From Piscirickettsiaceae bacterium (GTDB lineage Bacteria; Pseudomonadota; Gammaproteobacteria; Nitrosococcales; Methylophagaceae): 39,055 nt of DNA. Below are positions 1 to 10,557 of the stretch, piece after piece; position 1 is the first letter of the stretch, and each line of letters begins with the position of its first letter. The stretch covers positions 1 through 39,055 of the forward strand of contig JABGUA010000053.1 of NCBI GenBank assembly GCA_018646825.1, written 5' to 3'. The translations under genes and the position numbers were made by a program. Under the pieces are notes generated by a model that was not told where the DNA came from, ran no database searches, and saw nothing but the letters and a program-made list of their open reading frames with translations.

Positions 1-1905
1 ATTGACCGTATTAAAGAGGCTATCCTACGTAGTCCTCTAGTGTATGGGCCTTATGTTTCAAAAGATCTTTCTGCGACGCTGATCACAGTAGATTTCTTTG
101 ATAGTTTACTTGACCCTAATCTTGTCTATAAGCAAGCCTACGAGCTTGTAAGAAGACTCGATAATGATGCAGTAGATATTTCTCTGGTAGGTAACCCTAT
201 TCTTTATGGTTGGGTAGATCATTTTCTGCCTGAAACTATGGAGCTGGTTACTTACGCTGGATTAATATTCCTAATCCTTTTGTTTTTGATTAACAGGACC
301 TGGCGCGGTACGCTTTTGCCATTATTGGCGGGTGCCATCAGTGCAATCTGGGCCTTAGGCGTAGCACAAATAGTCGGAATACACTTTGATCCACTAGTGG
401 TCGTAGTAGCCATGCTTATTACGGCAAGAGCGGTATCCCATTCTGTTCAAATGATCACTCGCTTCCATGAGGAGATCGAGAATCAAGGGGATAATGCTGA
501 TTCCTATACCGCTGCCAAGGTAACATTGCAAGACTTGTTGAGACCTGGGTTATTAGGCATTGGTACGGATGCAGGTTGTGTGACTGTTGTTGCTATTAGC
601 CCTATACCTCTACTACAAAAACTAGTAGTACTTGCAGTAGTCTGGGTTGGAACGGTTGCAGTAAGCTCTATTCTGCTTACTCCTATCCTTTTGTCGTATG
701 TTAAAAAACCAAAGGCTTACGCTCACCCGTTAAATCTTGATAAGTTGATCATTCGCCCTTTTCTTAGTTTTTGCGTAAGTATTGCGTCAACAAAAGCTAG
801 GTATGTTGTTGTCACAATTGCGGCAGTAGTGTTCATTGGATGTACTTATCGGGCGGTTGACTTAACTATTGGCGATGCGAATCCTGGATCACCGATTTTG
901 TGGCCATCTCACTTGTATAATGATGACTCCGCTAAGATTAACACCCAGTTTCCTGGTGCTGATCGGATGTTTGTTGTTGTTGGTCGTGAAGAAAAGAATC
1001 AGATCAAAAATGTCCATGTTTTGGATACTATGTTGCGCTTCCAGCGTTATATGGAGCAACAGGATGAAATCGGCGGAAGTATCTCGCTTTCTGATATTCT
1101 TCCCTCTGTGAATGAAACCCTTCGTGAGGGTAACTTTAGATACACAGAGCTGGGTTCGACTACAACCAATAATGCTGAGTTAATCTATATGTACGAAAGG
1201 GCCGCTGAACCTGGCGACCTTAACCGCTTTACAGATGTGAATCGCATGAATGCATCGATCACTATGTTCTTTGCGGATCGTCGTGGACCTACTATTCAGA
1301 CTGCCATTGCAAGGGTTAAAAAATTCCAAGCGTCTAATCCAGACGTTAATTTTAGTCTAGCTGGCGGGACAATCGGTGTAATTGCAGCGGTTAACGAAGT
1401 GATTCTATCTGGTCAAATCCAGTCAATCGCACTTGCGCTCTTCATTCTTGTGATGATGTGTATCCTTGTTTATCGTTCAAGTATTGCAGGTATGTTCTTT
1501 ATGGTTCCTGTGGTGCTAGCGAACATGGTTACCTTTGCATTCATGGCTTGGCAGAATATCGGTATGAATATCAATACTGTTCCTGTAGCCGCACTAGGGA
1601 TTGGTTTAGGTGTTGACTATGCGTTGTATATTTGCGACCGTATGAAGATGGAATTTGACTCTGGTAAGTCTGTTGCCGACTCAATCAGCCTGTCATTGCA
1701 TTGTGCTGGACGCGGCGTGCTGGTAACGGCCTTTGTGTTGATCGCTAGTGTTTGTGTATGGCTATTCTCTTCTCTTCGTTTCCAAGCAGAAATGGGAATG
1801 TTGATTGGACTATGGCTATGTGTGTCAGCATTGAGCGCATTGTTCTTGATGCCTTCGATGGCTTATATCTTTAAGCCTAAATTTATCTTTAAGGAAGACA
1901 GATAA
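1..1905 (+). CDS. RND/MMPL-superfamily exporter, 5'-truncated by window edge
   Basis: Frame 1 is open from base 1 (IDRIKEAILRSPL precedes the tool's GTG at 40). The protein has two blocks of multiple hydrophobic helices separated by a soluble loop of about 200 aa. The GIGLGVDYALYICDRM motif is typical of MMPL/HpnN-like RND proteins. Confidence 0.75.
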   Translation: MDRIKEAILRSPLVYGPYVSKDLSATLITVDFFDSLLDPNLVYKQAYELVRRLDNDAVDISLVGNPILYGWVDHFLPETMELVTYAGLIFLILLFLINRTWRGTLLPLLAGAISAIWALGVAQIVGIHFDPLVVVVAMLITARAVSHSVQMITRFHEEIENQGDNADSYTAAKVTLQDLLRPGLLGIGTDAGCVTVVAISPIPLLQKLVVLAVVWVGTVAVSSILLTPILLSYVKKPKAYAHPLNLDKLIIRPFLSFCVSIASTKARYVVVTIAAVVFIGCTYRAVDLTIGDANPGSPILWPSHLYNDDSAKINTQFPGADRMFVVVGREEKNQIKNVHVLDTMLRFQRYMEQQDEIGGSISLSDILPSVNETLREGNFRYTELGSTTTNNAELIYMYERAAEPGDLNRFTDVNRMNASITMFFADRRGPTIQTAIARVKKFQASNPDVNFSLAGGTIGVIAAVNEVILSGQIQSIALALFILVMMCILVYRSSIAGMFFMVPVVLANMVTFAFMAWQNIGMNINTVPVAALGIGLGVDYALYICDRMKMEFDSGKSVADSISLSLHCAGRGVLVTAFVLIASVCVWLFSSLRFQAEMGMLIGLWLCVSALSALFLMPSMAYIFKPKFIFKEDR

Positions 1906-1926
1906 GCAAACAGTATTGACATTTCT

Positions 1927-1966
1927 AAGCAATAAAAAAGGCCTGAAAGGGCCTTTTTTATTGCTT
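1927..1966 (+). terminator. Rho-independent terminator hairpin after the RND gene
   Basis: A perfect 17-nt stem, aagcaataaaaaaggcc / ggccttttttattgctt, with a 6-nt loop (tgaaag). An A-run and a T-run flank the GC core, so it looks bidirectional. Confidence 0.7.
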
Positions 1967-1979
1967 AATTAGTTTATTG

Positions 1980-2123
1980 ATTTCAGATTACCAATTAAGA
2001 TATATTTTTTTAGCTTAATGCAGTCAGTCAGTACTGCATAAAAAAGGTTGGTTATTCATGCAAAAAATTACCAAGGCCATGTTTCCTGTTGCGGGTTTAG
2101 GTGCGCGTTTTTTACCCGCAACA
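1980..2123 (+). repeat. Direct repeat copy A (galU upstream region plus first 22 codons)
   Basis: Aligns by eye with 22576-22719, with about 13 differences (including 2 homopolymer indels) over about 145 positions. Confidence 0.85.
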
Positions 2124-2135
2124 TACAAAAATTAA
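2058..2135 (+). pseudogene. galU: galU 5' fragment (25 codons then stop)
   Basis: MQKITKAMFPVAGLGARFLPAT matches the N-terminus of the intact GalU at 22654 ([22 protein letters not shown]). Similarity ends at 2123 and the frame stops as YKN*. Confidence 0.85.
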
Positions 2136-2147
2136 TTATTATATATA

Positions 2148-2156
2148 TGTTATATT
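2148..2156 (+). promoter_or_regulatory. Candidate extended -10 element (TGTTATATT) upstream of rfbB
   Basis: TGnTATATT motif about 120 nt upstream of the rfbB ATG in an AT-rich spacer. A near-identical TGTTATAAT lies upstream of the rfbB relic at 22143-22135. Confidence 0.25.
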
Positions 2157-2275
2157 CAGTGACTGTACTACCGACTAGGGGTTTTAATTTTTTTTCTAGT
2201 CTATTTAGACTTTTATTTTAATCGATATAAAATGGCGACTGAATATATTTTAAAACTAATGAAAGTCCCGGCATT

Positions 2276-3343
2276 ATGATTCTCATCACTGGTGGTGCAG
2301 GTTTTATTGGCTCCAATTTTTTGTTGGATTGGCTCGCTCTCTGTGACGAGTCTGTGGTCAACCTTGACCTGCTGACTTATGCAGGCAACCTTGCCAATCT
2401 GTCTTCCCTCGAGAACGACCCGCGCCACATTTTTGTTCGCGGCGATATTGGCGATATCAGGCTAGTTCCTGAACTCCTTAACAAGTATAAACCTCGTGCT
2501 GTGGTCAACTTCGCAGCCGAGAGCCACGTCGACCGCTCTATCCACGGTCCCGAGGACTTCGTTCAAACCAACGTTGTTGGCACATGTCATTTACTCGAGT
2601 CAGTTCGGGCCTACTGGGGTGCCTTGGGTGAAGATGCTAAGTCCAGCTTCCGTTTTCTGCATGTCTCGACCGACGAGGTCTACGGTTCACTAGGTCAGGA
2701 TGGTCCTGCATTCACTGAAGAAAATAGGTATCAGCCTAACAGCCCATACTCAGCCTCCAAGGCAGCCTCCGACCATCTGGTGCGAGCCTACCATCACACC
2801 TACGGTTTGCCCGTGCTAACGACCAACTGCTCGAACAACTACGGGCCGCACCACTTCCCAGAAAAATTGATTCCGCTCATGATCGTCAACGCCCAGGCTG
2901 GCAAGCCATTGCCCGTGTACGGTGACGGCCAGCAGATCCGTGACTGGCTCTATGTTAAGGATCACTGCAGTGCGATCCGCCGTGTCCTCGAGGCAGGTAA
3001 GCTGGGTGAGGTCTACAACGTCGGTGGCTGGAACGAGAAACCGAACATCGAGATCGTGCAGCGTGTCTGTGCGCTTCTTGACGAGATGAACCCGCGTGCG
3101 GATGGCAAAAGCTACCTCGAGCAAGTGACCTATGTGACCGACCGACCTGGCCACGACAGGCGTTACGCGATCGACACGGTTAAGATCGAGCGTGAGCTCG
3201 GCTGGAAGCCTACGGAAACCTTCGAGACAGGGATTCGCAAGACGGTGGCTTGGTACCTTGAGCATCAAGACTGGGTGAATAACGTCCTCTCCGGTAGCTA
3301 CCGTGACTGGCTCGAAAAAAATTATGCGGAACGAGTTGAGTGA
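2276..3343 (+). CDS. rfbB: dTDP-glucose 4,6-dehydratase
   Basis: ILITGGAGFIGSNF Rossmann motif, YSASKAASDHLV catalytic YxxxK, 355 aa, first gene of an rfbBDAC block. Confidence 0.95.
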   Translation: MILITGGAGFIGSNFLLDWLALCDESVVNLDLLTYAGNLANLSSLENDPRHIFVRGDIGDIRLVPELLNKYKPRAVVNFAAESHVDRSIHGPEDFVQTNVVGTCHLLESVRAYWGALGEDAKSSFRFLHVSTDEVYGSLGQDGPAFTEENRYQPNSPYSASKAASDHLVRAYHHTYGLPVLTTNCSNNYGPHHFPEKLIPLMIVNAQAGKPLPVYGDGQQIRDWLYVKDHCSAIRRVLEAGKLGEVYNVGGWNEKPNIEIVQRVCALLDEMNPRADGKSYLEQVTYVTDRPGHDRRYAIDTVKIERELGWKPTETFETGIRKTVAWYLEHQDWVNNVLSGSYRDWLEKNYAERVE

Positions 3344-4245
3344 AGCCAATTACGATCCTCCTCTTCGGTAAAAATGGTCAAGTGGGCTGGGAGTTGCAGC
3401 GCAGTCTCGCACCATTAGGTGATTTAATCGCGCTTGATTTCGATAGCCAAGAATTTTGTGGTGACTTCACTAACCTTGGCGGACTTGCCAAATCTATTCG
3501 TGACGTTGCGCCGGATGTGATCGTGAATGCGGCGGCGCATACTGCGGTTGATAAGGCTGAAAGTGAGCCAGAATTAGCCCGCACTATTAATGCACTTGCG
3601 CCAGGTGTTTTGGCGCAGGAAGCTGAACGCCTAGGTGCATGGCTTGTGCATTATTCAACGGACTATGTGTTTGATGGGGGTGGCGACAGGCCGTGGCTGG
3701 AAGTCGACATGACCGACCCCTTAAGCGTCTACGGAAAAACGAAGCTGGCAGGTGAGGAGGCTATCCGTTCAGCTGCCTGCAGGCACCTGATACTTCGTAC
3801 TAGCTGGGTGTATGCGGCGCGTGGCGGTAACTTTGCCAAGACCATGCTTAAGCTGGCGCAGGAACGTGACAGCCTAAAGGTCATCGATGATCAGGTCGGC
3901 GCCCCCACAGGCGCTGATTTATTGGCCGACGTTACCGCCCACGCTATCCGTACGGCAATGCAACGGCCTGAGGTCGCTGGACTCTATCACCTCACCGCCG
4001 GCGGTCAAACCTCCTGGCACGCATATGCAAGCTTCGTCATTGACTGCGCACGTCAGGCGGGTGTTGAGATTAAGGTGTCACCAGATGCAATTCAGGCTGT
4101 GCCCACCAGCGCCTTCCCAACGGTTGCCAAACGCCCAATGAATTCGCGCTTAGATACCACAAGGTTCCAGAATGCCTTTAACTTTAAATTACCGCACTGG
4201 CAAACTGGCGTCAGTCGCATGCTTAACGAGTCTCTGGGAAAATAA
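3340..4245 (+). CDS. rfbD: dTDP-4-dehydrorhamnose reductase
   Basis: [21 protein letters not shown] and YGKTKLAGE motifs. The GTG start overlaps the rfbB stop (GTGA). Confidence 0.93.
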   Translation: MKPITILLFGKNGQVGWELQRSLAPLGDLIALDFDSQEFCGDFTNLGGLAKSIRDVAPDVIVNAAAHTAVDKAESEPELARTINALAPGVLAQEAERLGAWLVHYSTDYVFDGGGDRPWLEVDMTDPLSVYGKTKLAGEEAIRSAACRHLILRTSWVYAARGGNFAKTMLKLAQERDSLKVIDDQVGAPTGADLLADVTAHAIRTAMQRPEVAGLYHLTAGGQTSWHAYASFVIDCARQAGVEIKVSPDAIQAVPTSAFPTVAKRPMNSRLDTTRFQNAFNFKLPHWQTGVSRMLNESLGK

Positions 4246-4247
4246 TA

Positions 4248-5135
4248 ATGACACAACGTAAAGGTATTATCCTCGCAGGTGGCTCCGGCACCCGGCTCTA
4301 TCCTGTGACAAAGGTGGTCTCCAAGCAGCTGCTACCCATTTACGACAAGCCGATGGTTTATTATCCGCTGAGCACGTTGATGTTGGCGGGAATGCGGGAT
4401 ATTTTGATTATCTCTACGCCACAAGATATCCCACTCTTCGAGCGGCTTCTTGGCGATGGTAGCGAATGGGGCCTTAACCTGCAGTATGCGGTACAGCCGA
4501 GCCCTGATGGCCTCGCTCAAGCGTTTATTATTGGTAAAGATTTTATTGGTAACGACCCTAGCGCTTTAGTGCTGGGCGATAATATTTTCTACGGCCATGA
4601 TTTGCAACTCCAACTTGAAAAAGCCGTGACGCAGGATCAGGGCGCAACGGTGTTTGCCTATCACGTGCAAGACCCTGAGCGCTATGGTGTGGTAAGTTTT
4701 GATAAGAACGGCAAGGCGACCGCTTTGGAAGAAAAACCTACAATCCCTAAAAGCAACTATGCGGTGACGGGCCTGTATTTTTATGACAACCAAGTGGTAG
4801 ACATGGCCGCCAACCTTAAACCCTCGGCTCGTGGTGAGTTAGAAATTACTGACTTGAACCGTATTTACCTTGAGCATCAACAGCTCACAGTAGAGGTCAT
4901 GGGTCGTGGCTATACTTGGCTAGACACAGGCACCCATGAGAGCTTAATTGAAGCGGGTAATTTTATTCAAACCATCGAGCATAGACAAGGCTTAAAAGTG
5001 TCGTGTCCTGAAGAAATCGCCTACCGCAATGGCTTTATTAACGCCGAGCAATTGGAAAAACTGGCGCAGCCACTTTCTGAAAATGGCTACGGACAATACT
5101 TAAAATGCCTGCTTAAAGAAGGGATTCAGCCTTGA
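4248..5135 (+). CDS. rfbA: Glucose-1-phosphate thymidylyltransferase
   Basis: [34 protein letters not shown] signature, 295 aa. Confidence 0.95.
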   Translation: MTQRKGIILAGGSGTRLYPVTKVVSKQLLPIYDKPMVYYPLSTLMLAGMRDILIISTPQDIPLFERLLGDGSEWGLNLQYAVQPSPDGLAQAFIIGKDFIGNDPSALVLGDNIFYGHDLQLQLEKAVTQDQGATVFAYHVQDPERYGVVSFDKNGKATALEEKPTIPKSNYAVTGLYFYDNQVVDMAANLKPSARGELEITDLNRIYLEHQQLTVEVMGRGYTWLDTGTHESLIEAGNFIQTIEHRQGLKVSCPEEIAYRNGFINAEQLEKLAQPLSENGYGQYLKCLLKEGIQP

Positions 5136-5677
5136 GCATCACCCCGACAGCCATTCCAGATGTGCTTCTAATAGAGCCTAAAGTGTTTGGTGATGACCGC
5201 GGCTTATTTTTTGAAAGTTTCAATCAAGCAAAGTTTGAATCGCTTGTCGGTCGACAAGTAAACTTCGTGCAAGATAATCACAGCAGGTCAGTTAAAAATG
5301 TATTGCGAGGTTTGCACTACCAAATTCAGCAGACTCAGGGTAGATTGGTGCGTGTGGTGCAAGGTGAAGTGTTCGACGTGGCGGTGGATATTCGTAAAAG
5401 TTCCCCTACATTTGGCAGATGGGTGGGTGAAATCTTATCTGCTGATAATAATAAACAACTATGGGTGCCTGAGGGTTTTGCACATGGATTCTTGGTGCTT
5501 TCAGATGCCGCAGAGTTTTTATATAAGACGACCGATTATTATGCGCCAGAATTTGAGCGCAGTATTATTTGGAATGACCCGGATATCGCTATAAAGTGGC
5601 CACTTGATGTTGAACCAGTATTATCTGTCAAAGACCAGCAAGCCAAAACATTAGCAATAGCAGAGCAATTTGTATGA
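5132..5677 (+). CDS. rfbC: dTDP-4-dehydrorhamnose 3,5-epimerase
   Basis: [18 protein letters not shown] and VPEGFAHGF cupin motifs. The TTG start overlaps the rfbA stop. Confidence 0.95.
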   Translation: MSITPTAIPDVLLIEPKVFGDDRGLFFESFNQAKFESLVGRQVNFVQDNHSRSVKNVLRGLHYQIQQTQGRLVRVVQGEVFDVAVDIRKSSPTFGRWVGEILSADNNKQLWVPEGFAHGFLVLSDAAEFLYKTTDYYAPEFERSIIWNDPDIAIKWPLDVEPVLSVKDQQAKTLAIAEQFV

Positions 5678-6021
5678 CCTCTGCATCAACAACCATTAAC
5701 CCACGCACAGCGCAACCTACATCACTCTTAGCCCTGGCTAAAAACCTGTGGCGCAACCGGCAGCTCATTGTAAAAATGACTAAGCGTGAAGTGATTGGAC
5801 GATATAAAGATTCTGCCATGGGTTTGGCTTGGTCGTTCTTTAACCCCGTATTCATGTTGGTGGTGTAGACCCTTGTATTCTCGGTTGTGTTCAAAGCGCG
5901 TTGGGGAGTTGTGGCAGAAGACAGCAAAACGCTATTTGCTGTAGTGCTGTTTGCGGGCATTAGCGTCCCAAGTCTTGCTCACCGCAGCGTGTTTGATCTA
6001 GATCATTATTCAATTTGGTAA
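5674..6021 (+). pseudogene. wzm: ABC-2 (Wzm-type) permease fragment with in-frame TAG and 3' truncation
   Basis: The start overlaps the rfbC stop (ATGA). REVIGRYKDSAMGLAWSFFNPVFMLVV-TAG-TLVFSVVFKARWG...LFAVVLFAGI is a typical Wzm N-terminus. Family similarity is lost near 5961, the frame ends at 6021, and more than half of a normal permease of about 260 aa is missing. Confidence 0.7.
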
Positions 6022-6251
6022 TGGTGCGTAAACTTACAATTGAAAGATTTTGCAATATCATGAAATACAAATTGGTTAAATGGTTAATCAGTTGTCAGCA
6101 TGGTGTTTTTTATATATAAAGGTCGTTGTAGAAAACGGATTATAAAGTACGTTAAGCTTTGTATTATCCGCCCTTATAAACAGTAGCTTGACCGATATTT
6201 AGTTCAAACATGTTAATATTGATCAACCTTTTAAGAGTTGTTGAAACATAA

Positions 6252-7190
6252 ATGAGACCCCAAGAATACCCACCCATGATCTGCATACTAATGTCCACCT
6301 ACAACGGTGAGAAGTTTCTGACCGAGCAGTTGCAATCAATAGAAGATCAAACACATAAAAATTGGCGCTTGGTGATTAGCGATGATGGTTCGAGCGACAA
6401 TACCTTAGCCATTGCCAAACAGTTCCAGCAAAAGTGGGGGAATGACCGCTTAGAAATACGCCAAGGGCCGCAACAGGGGTTTTGTCAAAACTTTCTGTCC
6501 ATGGCATGTGATTCAGACATACGCGCTGACCTATATGCCTTTTCAGACCAAGATGATATTTGGATGGCAGATAAACTCGCAAGAGCAGTTGCGTATTTTA
6601 AGGCAAGCAATGAATCACAACTACCAAGAGCTTATGGTAGCCGCACTCAAATAGTGGATGAAGCATTAAGCCCACTTGGTTTTTCACCTGAGTTTACTAT
6701 GCCAAGCTCATTTCGTAATGCTTTGGTGCAAAGCATTGCTGGTGGCAACACCCAGGTATTTAATCAAGCAACCAAACAACTGTTTGAACAAGCGGGCAGG
6801 CAAAAAGTGGTATCCCATGACTGGTGGTTATACCAGATTGTTAAAGGTGCTGGCGGCATATTTTATTACGATCCCAGCCCATCATTGTTATATAGACAGC
6901 ATTCAAACGCTATAGTCGGAGCCAACTCATCTTTTAGATCTAAGATTAAACGAATTTTTTATGTATTTAATGGTCGATTTAAAAACTGGAACGATATTAA
7001 CTATGCCGCACTTTGCAACATTCGCCACTTATTAACCAAAGACAGCCAAGATATTTTAGATATATTTGGCACATTTAGAAACGCGCATCTCAAAGATAGA
7101 GTCCGCCTGTTAGAGGTATGTGGCCTTTACCGTCAAACTTGGCAAGGTACCTTTTCGCTATGGCTGGCAACCATCATTCACAAAATTTAA
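6252..7190 (+). CDS. Family 2 glycosyltransferase (possibly a rhamnosyltransferase)
   Basis: ILMSTYNGEKFLTEQLQSIEDQT...LVISDDGSSDNT and FSDQDDIW (DxD) motifs. Follows rfbBDAC. Composition is lower in GC than rfb. Confidence 0.8.
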   Translation: MRPQEYPPMICILMSTYNGEKFLTEQLQSIEDQTHKNWRLVISDDGSSDNTLAIAKQFQQKWGNDRLEIRQGPQQGFCQNFLSMACDSDIRADLYAFSDQDDIWMADKLARAVAYFKASNESQLPRAYGSRTQIVDEALSPLGFSPEFTMPSSFRNALVQSIAGGNTQVFNQATKQLFEQAGRQKVVSHDWWLYQIVKGAGGIFYYDPSPSLLYRQHSNAIVGANSSFRSKIKRIFYVFNGRFKNWNDINYAALCNIRHLLTKDSQDILDIFGTFRNAHLKDRVRLLEVCGLYRQTWQGTFSLWLATIIHKI

Positions 7191-7243
7191 TTTAATTACT
7201 TACAGTCAACCGTTTAAACACCAAACTTCCTAAAGTTCTTATT

Positions 7244-8572
7244 TTAAATAGCTTTCCTACAAACGTTGGCGTAAGCCACTACCATTTCATCAAAAGTTGT
7301 CATCTGTGATATACGTTGAAGCGAACTCTCGGCCATCCGCAACCGCAGCGCATCGTCATCCGCCAATTGTTCAATCTGCACCGCTAGTAGGCGACTATCT
7401 CCCGGCGGGTAAAACAATGCATTCTCCCCTTCAACCACTTGCTCAAGCACTCCAAATACGGGTGTCGTGATGATGGGTAAGCCAAATGCCATGGCTTCGA
7501 GCACGACACGAGGAAAGCTTTCAACTTTCGAGCTCAGAACAAAAATATCGGCGGCGGCATAAAAAGACGCAATCGATTCGGTCGGCGGAAAAATACGAAT
7601 GCCAGCCAGTGCGCCAACTGGGAGCGAATGGCTCCTATCTTTAATAGCCTCCGCGTAGGTGCCCCGGTCGTCACCAACCAGCAGTATCTCAACCCGACTC
7701 GAAATCGCTTCGGGTAGTGCGGCAAAAGCCTCGACCAAATCCATTTGGCCTTTTCTGTCACACAACGTGCCCACACAAAGGATTGCAATCGAGCCGGACT
7801 TAAGGTCTAGCGCGGTGCGGCAGCGAGCGCGCTCAGTGGCAACACTCCGCAGGGGGAAACGGTTGAGATTGATCCCGTTGTGTATGACTTCAAAACGCCC
7901 ATCAACATCAAAAGTGTTCCAGACTGTTCTGGTAGCTTGCGCAACGAAAATAACTTTTTTAGGTAAACCAATCGCAGCTATCGCACGCTGTGCAACTGGG
8001 TCAGGTAAAAAACGGAAATAACTATTCCAAGGTTCGCTCTCGCGAGGGTTCCAAACCGAAGGCACTCCAGCACGTTCAGCAGCCAGAATCGCAGGAAAGT
8101 TCAGTAACGTATTGACGAAGACTAACTTGGCCCCAGATGCCTGAATAAGCAAAGTAAGGCGCTCAACCTCAATGCTCAGGCGTTTAAGTGTGGAAATCTT
8201 GTGCAATACGCTCGGCAATATCTGTACGGTGATTCCATGAGCTTCATACTCGGCTCGCAACGGACCGTCCTCGAATGCCACCACCTCAGGGATAATGACC
8301 TGGCGATTCGTCAGGCCAAAAACAAGCTCTTTCAGGCTAATTGAAGCGCCTTCGTAACAAAGGTTATGGGAAAAAATGAGAAGTTTTAGCGGGATCTGGC
8401 AACCAAGGGAACTTCCATACGGAGCATCAGTTGATAAAACTCGCGATACCAAAGACTTGGGGCGAGGCACCGGCCTCCGCAACCCGAGGGACAGTCGCAA
8501 GCGGTGAATCAGCCACGCGACATCGCCAGACATCAAGTACAGCACAAAACGGGTGATCTTTGAATGACTCAT
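7244..8572 (-). CDS. Family 4 (GT-B) glycosyltransferase
   Basis: C-terminal SSKVESFPRVVLEAMAFGLPIITT (EX7E-type motif). AGAGG Shine-Dalgarno 8 nt upstream of the ATG. Last gene of the minus-strand operon. Confidence 0.85.
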   Translation of the reverse strand: MSHSKITRFVLYLMSGDVAWLIHRLRLSLGLRRPVPRPKSLVSRVLSTDAPYGSSLGCQIPLKLLIFSHNLCYEGASISLKELVFGLTNRQVIIPEVVAFEDGPLRAEYEAHGITVQILPSVLHKISTLKRLSIEVERLTLLIQASGAKLVFVNTLLNFPAILAAERAGVPSVWNPRESEPWNSYFRFLPDPVAQRAIAAIGLPKKVIFVAQATRTVWNTFDVDGRFEVIHNGINLNRFPLRSVATERARCRTALDLKSGSIAILCVGTLCDRKGQMDLVEAFAALPEAISSRVEILLVGDDRGTYAEAIKDRSHSLPVGALAGIRIFPPTESIASFYAAADIFVLSSKVESFPRVVLEAMAFGLPIITTPVFGVLEQVVEGENALFYPPGDSRLLAVQIEQLADDDALRLRMAESSLQRISQMTTFDEMVVAYANVCRKAI

Positions 8573-8591
8573 GTGAGAAACCTCTGAAAGC

Positions 8592-9350
8592 CTACGCAGG
8601 GCGAACTACATAGATCATGCAGGCGCTGCCTAGCCATTTGGAAAGTTGTTGCCTTGCGCTCAACGAAAGCCGGGGGCCAAGCACCATATGCCCTGTATAA
8701 AAAAGCCCGACCGGCATTGCCTCATCAATGATGAAAAGTTGCTTTACGAAATGTCTATTCCAATGACGCGAGCTAAAAGTCACTATTTCGCTTAATGCAT
8801 TGCCCGTTTCACCGTGGCGAGGAACGAGAGCATAGTGTTTGACGGTTCCCGCCATCAAGCGCAGCACACTCATGGCATCAGACAGTACGTGTTTCGAAAG
8901 CCCCTTGGGTATCAAGCGAGGTATCAACCCAAACAGGCGCTGCAAAAGCTCCGCATAGTGAGCCACATTAGTCCACAAGCGCCATGCGCCGGTGGGCATG
9001 AGGTGGACACAGTAGCCGCCTGGCTTCAAAACTCGTTTCATCTCCGCTTGCAGATACGGCAAATCACGCACGTGCTCCAATACGTTGGAAGAAAACACAA
9101 CGTCAAAGCTACCGTCTGAAAATGGAATATTCCGACCATCATAAGGCTGTACAGGAAACTCCAATTGGCCAGCATAGCTGGAGTCTGGGATATCGATTGA
9201 ATCAACGATAAAGCCATCCTCAGTGAGTCGTTTTGCCTGATACCCGGTTCCGCCACCAATTTCGAGTATTCGGACACCCAGCGAAAAGCGGCTAACGATT
9301 TTTTTGTATTCGTATTCCCGTATTACATGCAGAAATTCAACGTTAAACAT
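8592..9350 (-). CDS. Class I SAM-dependent methyltransferase
   Basis: ILEIGGGTGYQA (motif I) and FDVVFSSNVLEHV. Clear paralogue of the protein at 31068-31787. Confidence 0.85.
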   Translation of the reverse strand: MFNVEFLHVIREYEYKKIVSRFSLGVRILEIGGGTGYQAKRLTEDGFIVDSIDIPDSSYAGQLEFPVQPYDGRNIPFSDGSFDVVFSSNVLEHVRDLPYLQAEMKRVLKPGGYCVHLMPTGAWRLWTNVAHYAELLQRLFGLIPRLIPKGLSKHVLSDAMSVLRLMAGTVKHYALVPRHGETGNALSEIVTFSSRHWNRHFVKQLFIIDEAMPVGLFYTGHMVLGPRLSLSARQQLSKWLGSACMIYVVRPA

Positions 9351-10557
9351 TTATCACCCCAGCCGGCAGCTTTTCAAGTAATTGCTTCGCCATGCTCTCA
9401 GGAGATAAATTTACTTCAGCATAGGCACGGCTCTTAAGTCCCATGTCAGCCAGAATAGCTTTGTTCTTTTCCATCAGCATCAGATGATCCGCAATCTGCT
9501 CGGGTGACTCGGCATTAAATCCTGGGAATGGCTCAAGGAAGCGTTGACCAAAAATCTCAGCTCTAAATTTTGCCATCACCGGGCGACCTAAGGCGTAAGC
9601 ATCCGTTGTCACCATTCCAGGAAATGATGAGCCAAACTGATCACACACCAGGTCGACAGCAATCATTTCTTTATAGAATTGAGCGAGCGGCATTTCATCC
9701 AACCAGTGTATCCGCTCTACAATGGCTAATTCAGAAATGAGTTCAACCGCTGCTTGAAGGTCTTGGCCTTTACGTGGCAACCTCAACTCCCCATTTCCCC
9801 CTCGCTGGCAATATAATGCAAAGCCTTTGAGCAAGATATCTATGCCCTTGAAGTCTATGGCGCTCAAAGCAGGATTGTGTTCTGGACGATAGATTATCCG
9901 ACTGCCACACAAGATAGTGAGCTTATTATTTTTGGCTGCCGGCTGCACTTGCAAATCAATTGTGTTTGAAAAATGCAGCATCAAGCGACGCTCGTCGATA
10001 ACTCCAATGCCGTCTAGCATCTGGTCACCGGAGGGAACCAAACCTCGCTGCCCATAACAAACTACCTCAGCGCCCAGAATCCCATCGCGCTGGCGAGCAA
10101 CCGAGTCAACCATACAGCGCAGATGCCGTCGCCCTTGCAAGGAACGCTTAAACTCGGGGTCCCACATGCTGGTTCGCATTTCTATCGAATCAAAGCTGGC
10201 GTAATAGGCCAAATCCGAACCGGTGAGCACTACGGCATAAGGGGTTCGAAGGTAGCCTGCCAATGCAGGGCCGGTATCGTTGAGAATGACAAAATCGACG
10301 TTGTGCGTCAGCTGGTGGATCACCTGATTTATTGTTGGGGTTTCGAATTCGATGTCTTCATCAGTTAGATTAGAACAATCTACAACCCAGTTCGGATAGT
10401 TATCTGCCCAGTCGGGATATCGGGATTCCGGGCGGTGCAACAGATCCTTGCGATTAAGCACCAGGCGAACATTGTGCCCGAGAGTACGCAGCCCTTGCGC
10501 CAGCAGCAAAGAATAGTTGTTGATGTTACCAAAGATGGCGATAGAAAGTTTGTGCAC
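9343..10557 (-). CDS. GT-B-fold glycosyltransferase-like protein (divergent)
   Basis: N-terminal KLSIAIFGN Rossmann-like start. C-terminal half with KGIDILLKGF...FPGMVTTDAYALGRPVMA resembles GT4. I prefer the GTG start at 10557 (AAGGGG SD 7 nt upstream) over the tool's ATG at 10578. Confidence 0.55.
   Translation of the reverse strand: MHKLSIAIFGNINNYSLLLAQGLRTLGHNVRLVLNRKDLLHRPESRYPDWADNYPNWVVDCSNLTDEDIEFETPTINQVIHQLTHNVDFVILNDTGPALAGYLRTPYAVVLTGSDLAYYASFDSIEMRTSMWDPEFKRSLQGRRHLRCMVDSVARQRDGILGAEVVCYGQRGLVPSGDQMLDGIGVIDERRLMLHFSNTIDLQVQPAAKNNKLTILCGSRIIYRPEHNPALSAIDFKGIDILLKGFALYCQRGGNGELRLPRKGQDLQAAVELISELAIVERIHWLDEMPLAQFYKEMIAVDLVCDQFGSSFPGMVTTDAYALGRPVMAKFRAEIFGQRFLEPFPGFNAESPEQIADHLMLMEKNKAILADMGLKSRAYAEVNLSPESMAKQLLEKLPAGVINV

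Noticed and set aside
2816-3349. 177-aa ORF antisense to rfbB. Similar long antisense ORFs occur at 36556-37224 (222 aa, antisense to a GT4) and 14014-14586 (190 aa, antisense to the aminotransferase and wzt).
   Set aside because: They lie entirely within well-supported genes in the highest-GC parts of the window, where stop codons are rare on the opposite strand. Their composition is Arg/Ala/Ser/Thr-rich and low in complexity, with no motifs and no ribosome-binding sites.
5994-6005. 12-bp perfect palindrome tgatctagatca at the wzm' truncation point, considered as a recombinase or IS end.
   Set aside because: It is a single short palindrome with no partner repeat, no target duplication and no transposase nearby. 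I kept it only as a detail of the wzm' junction.
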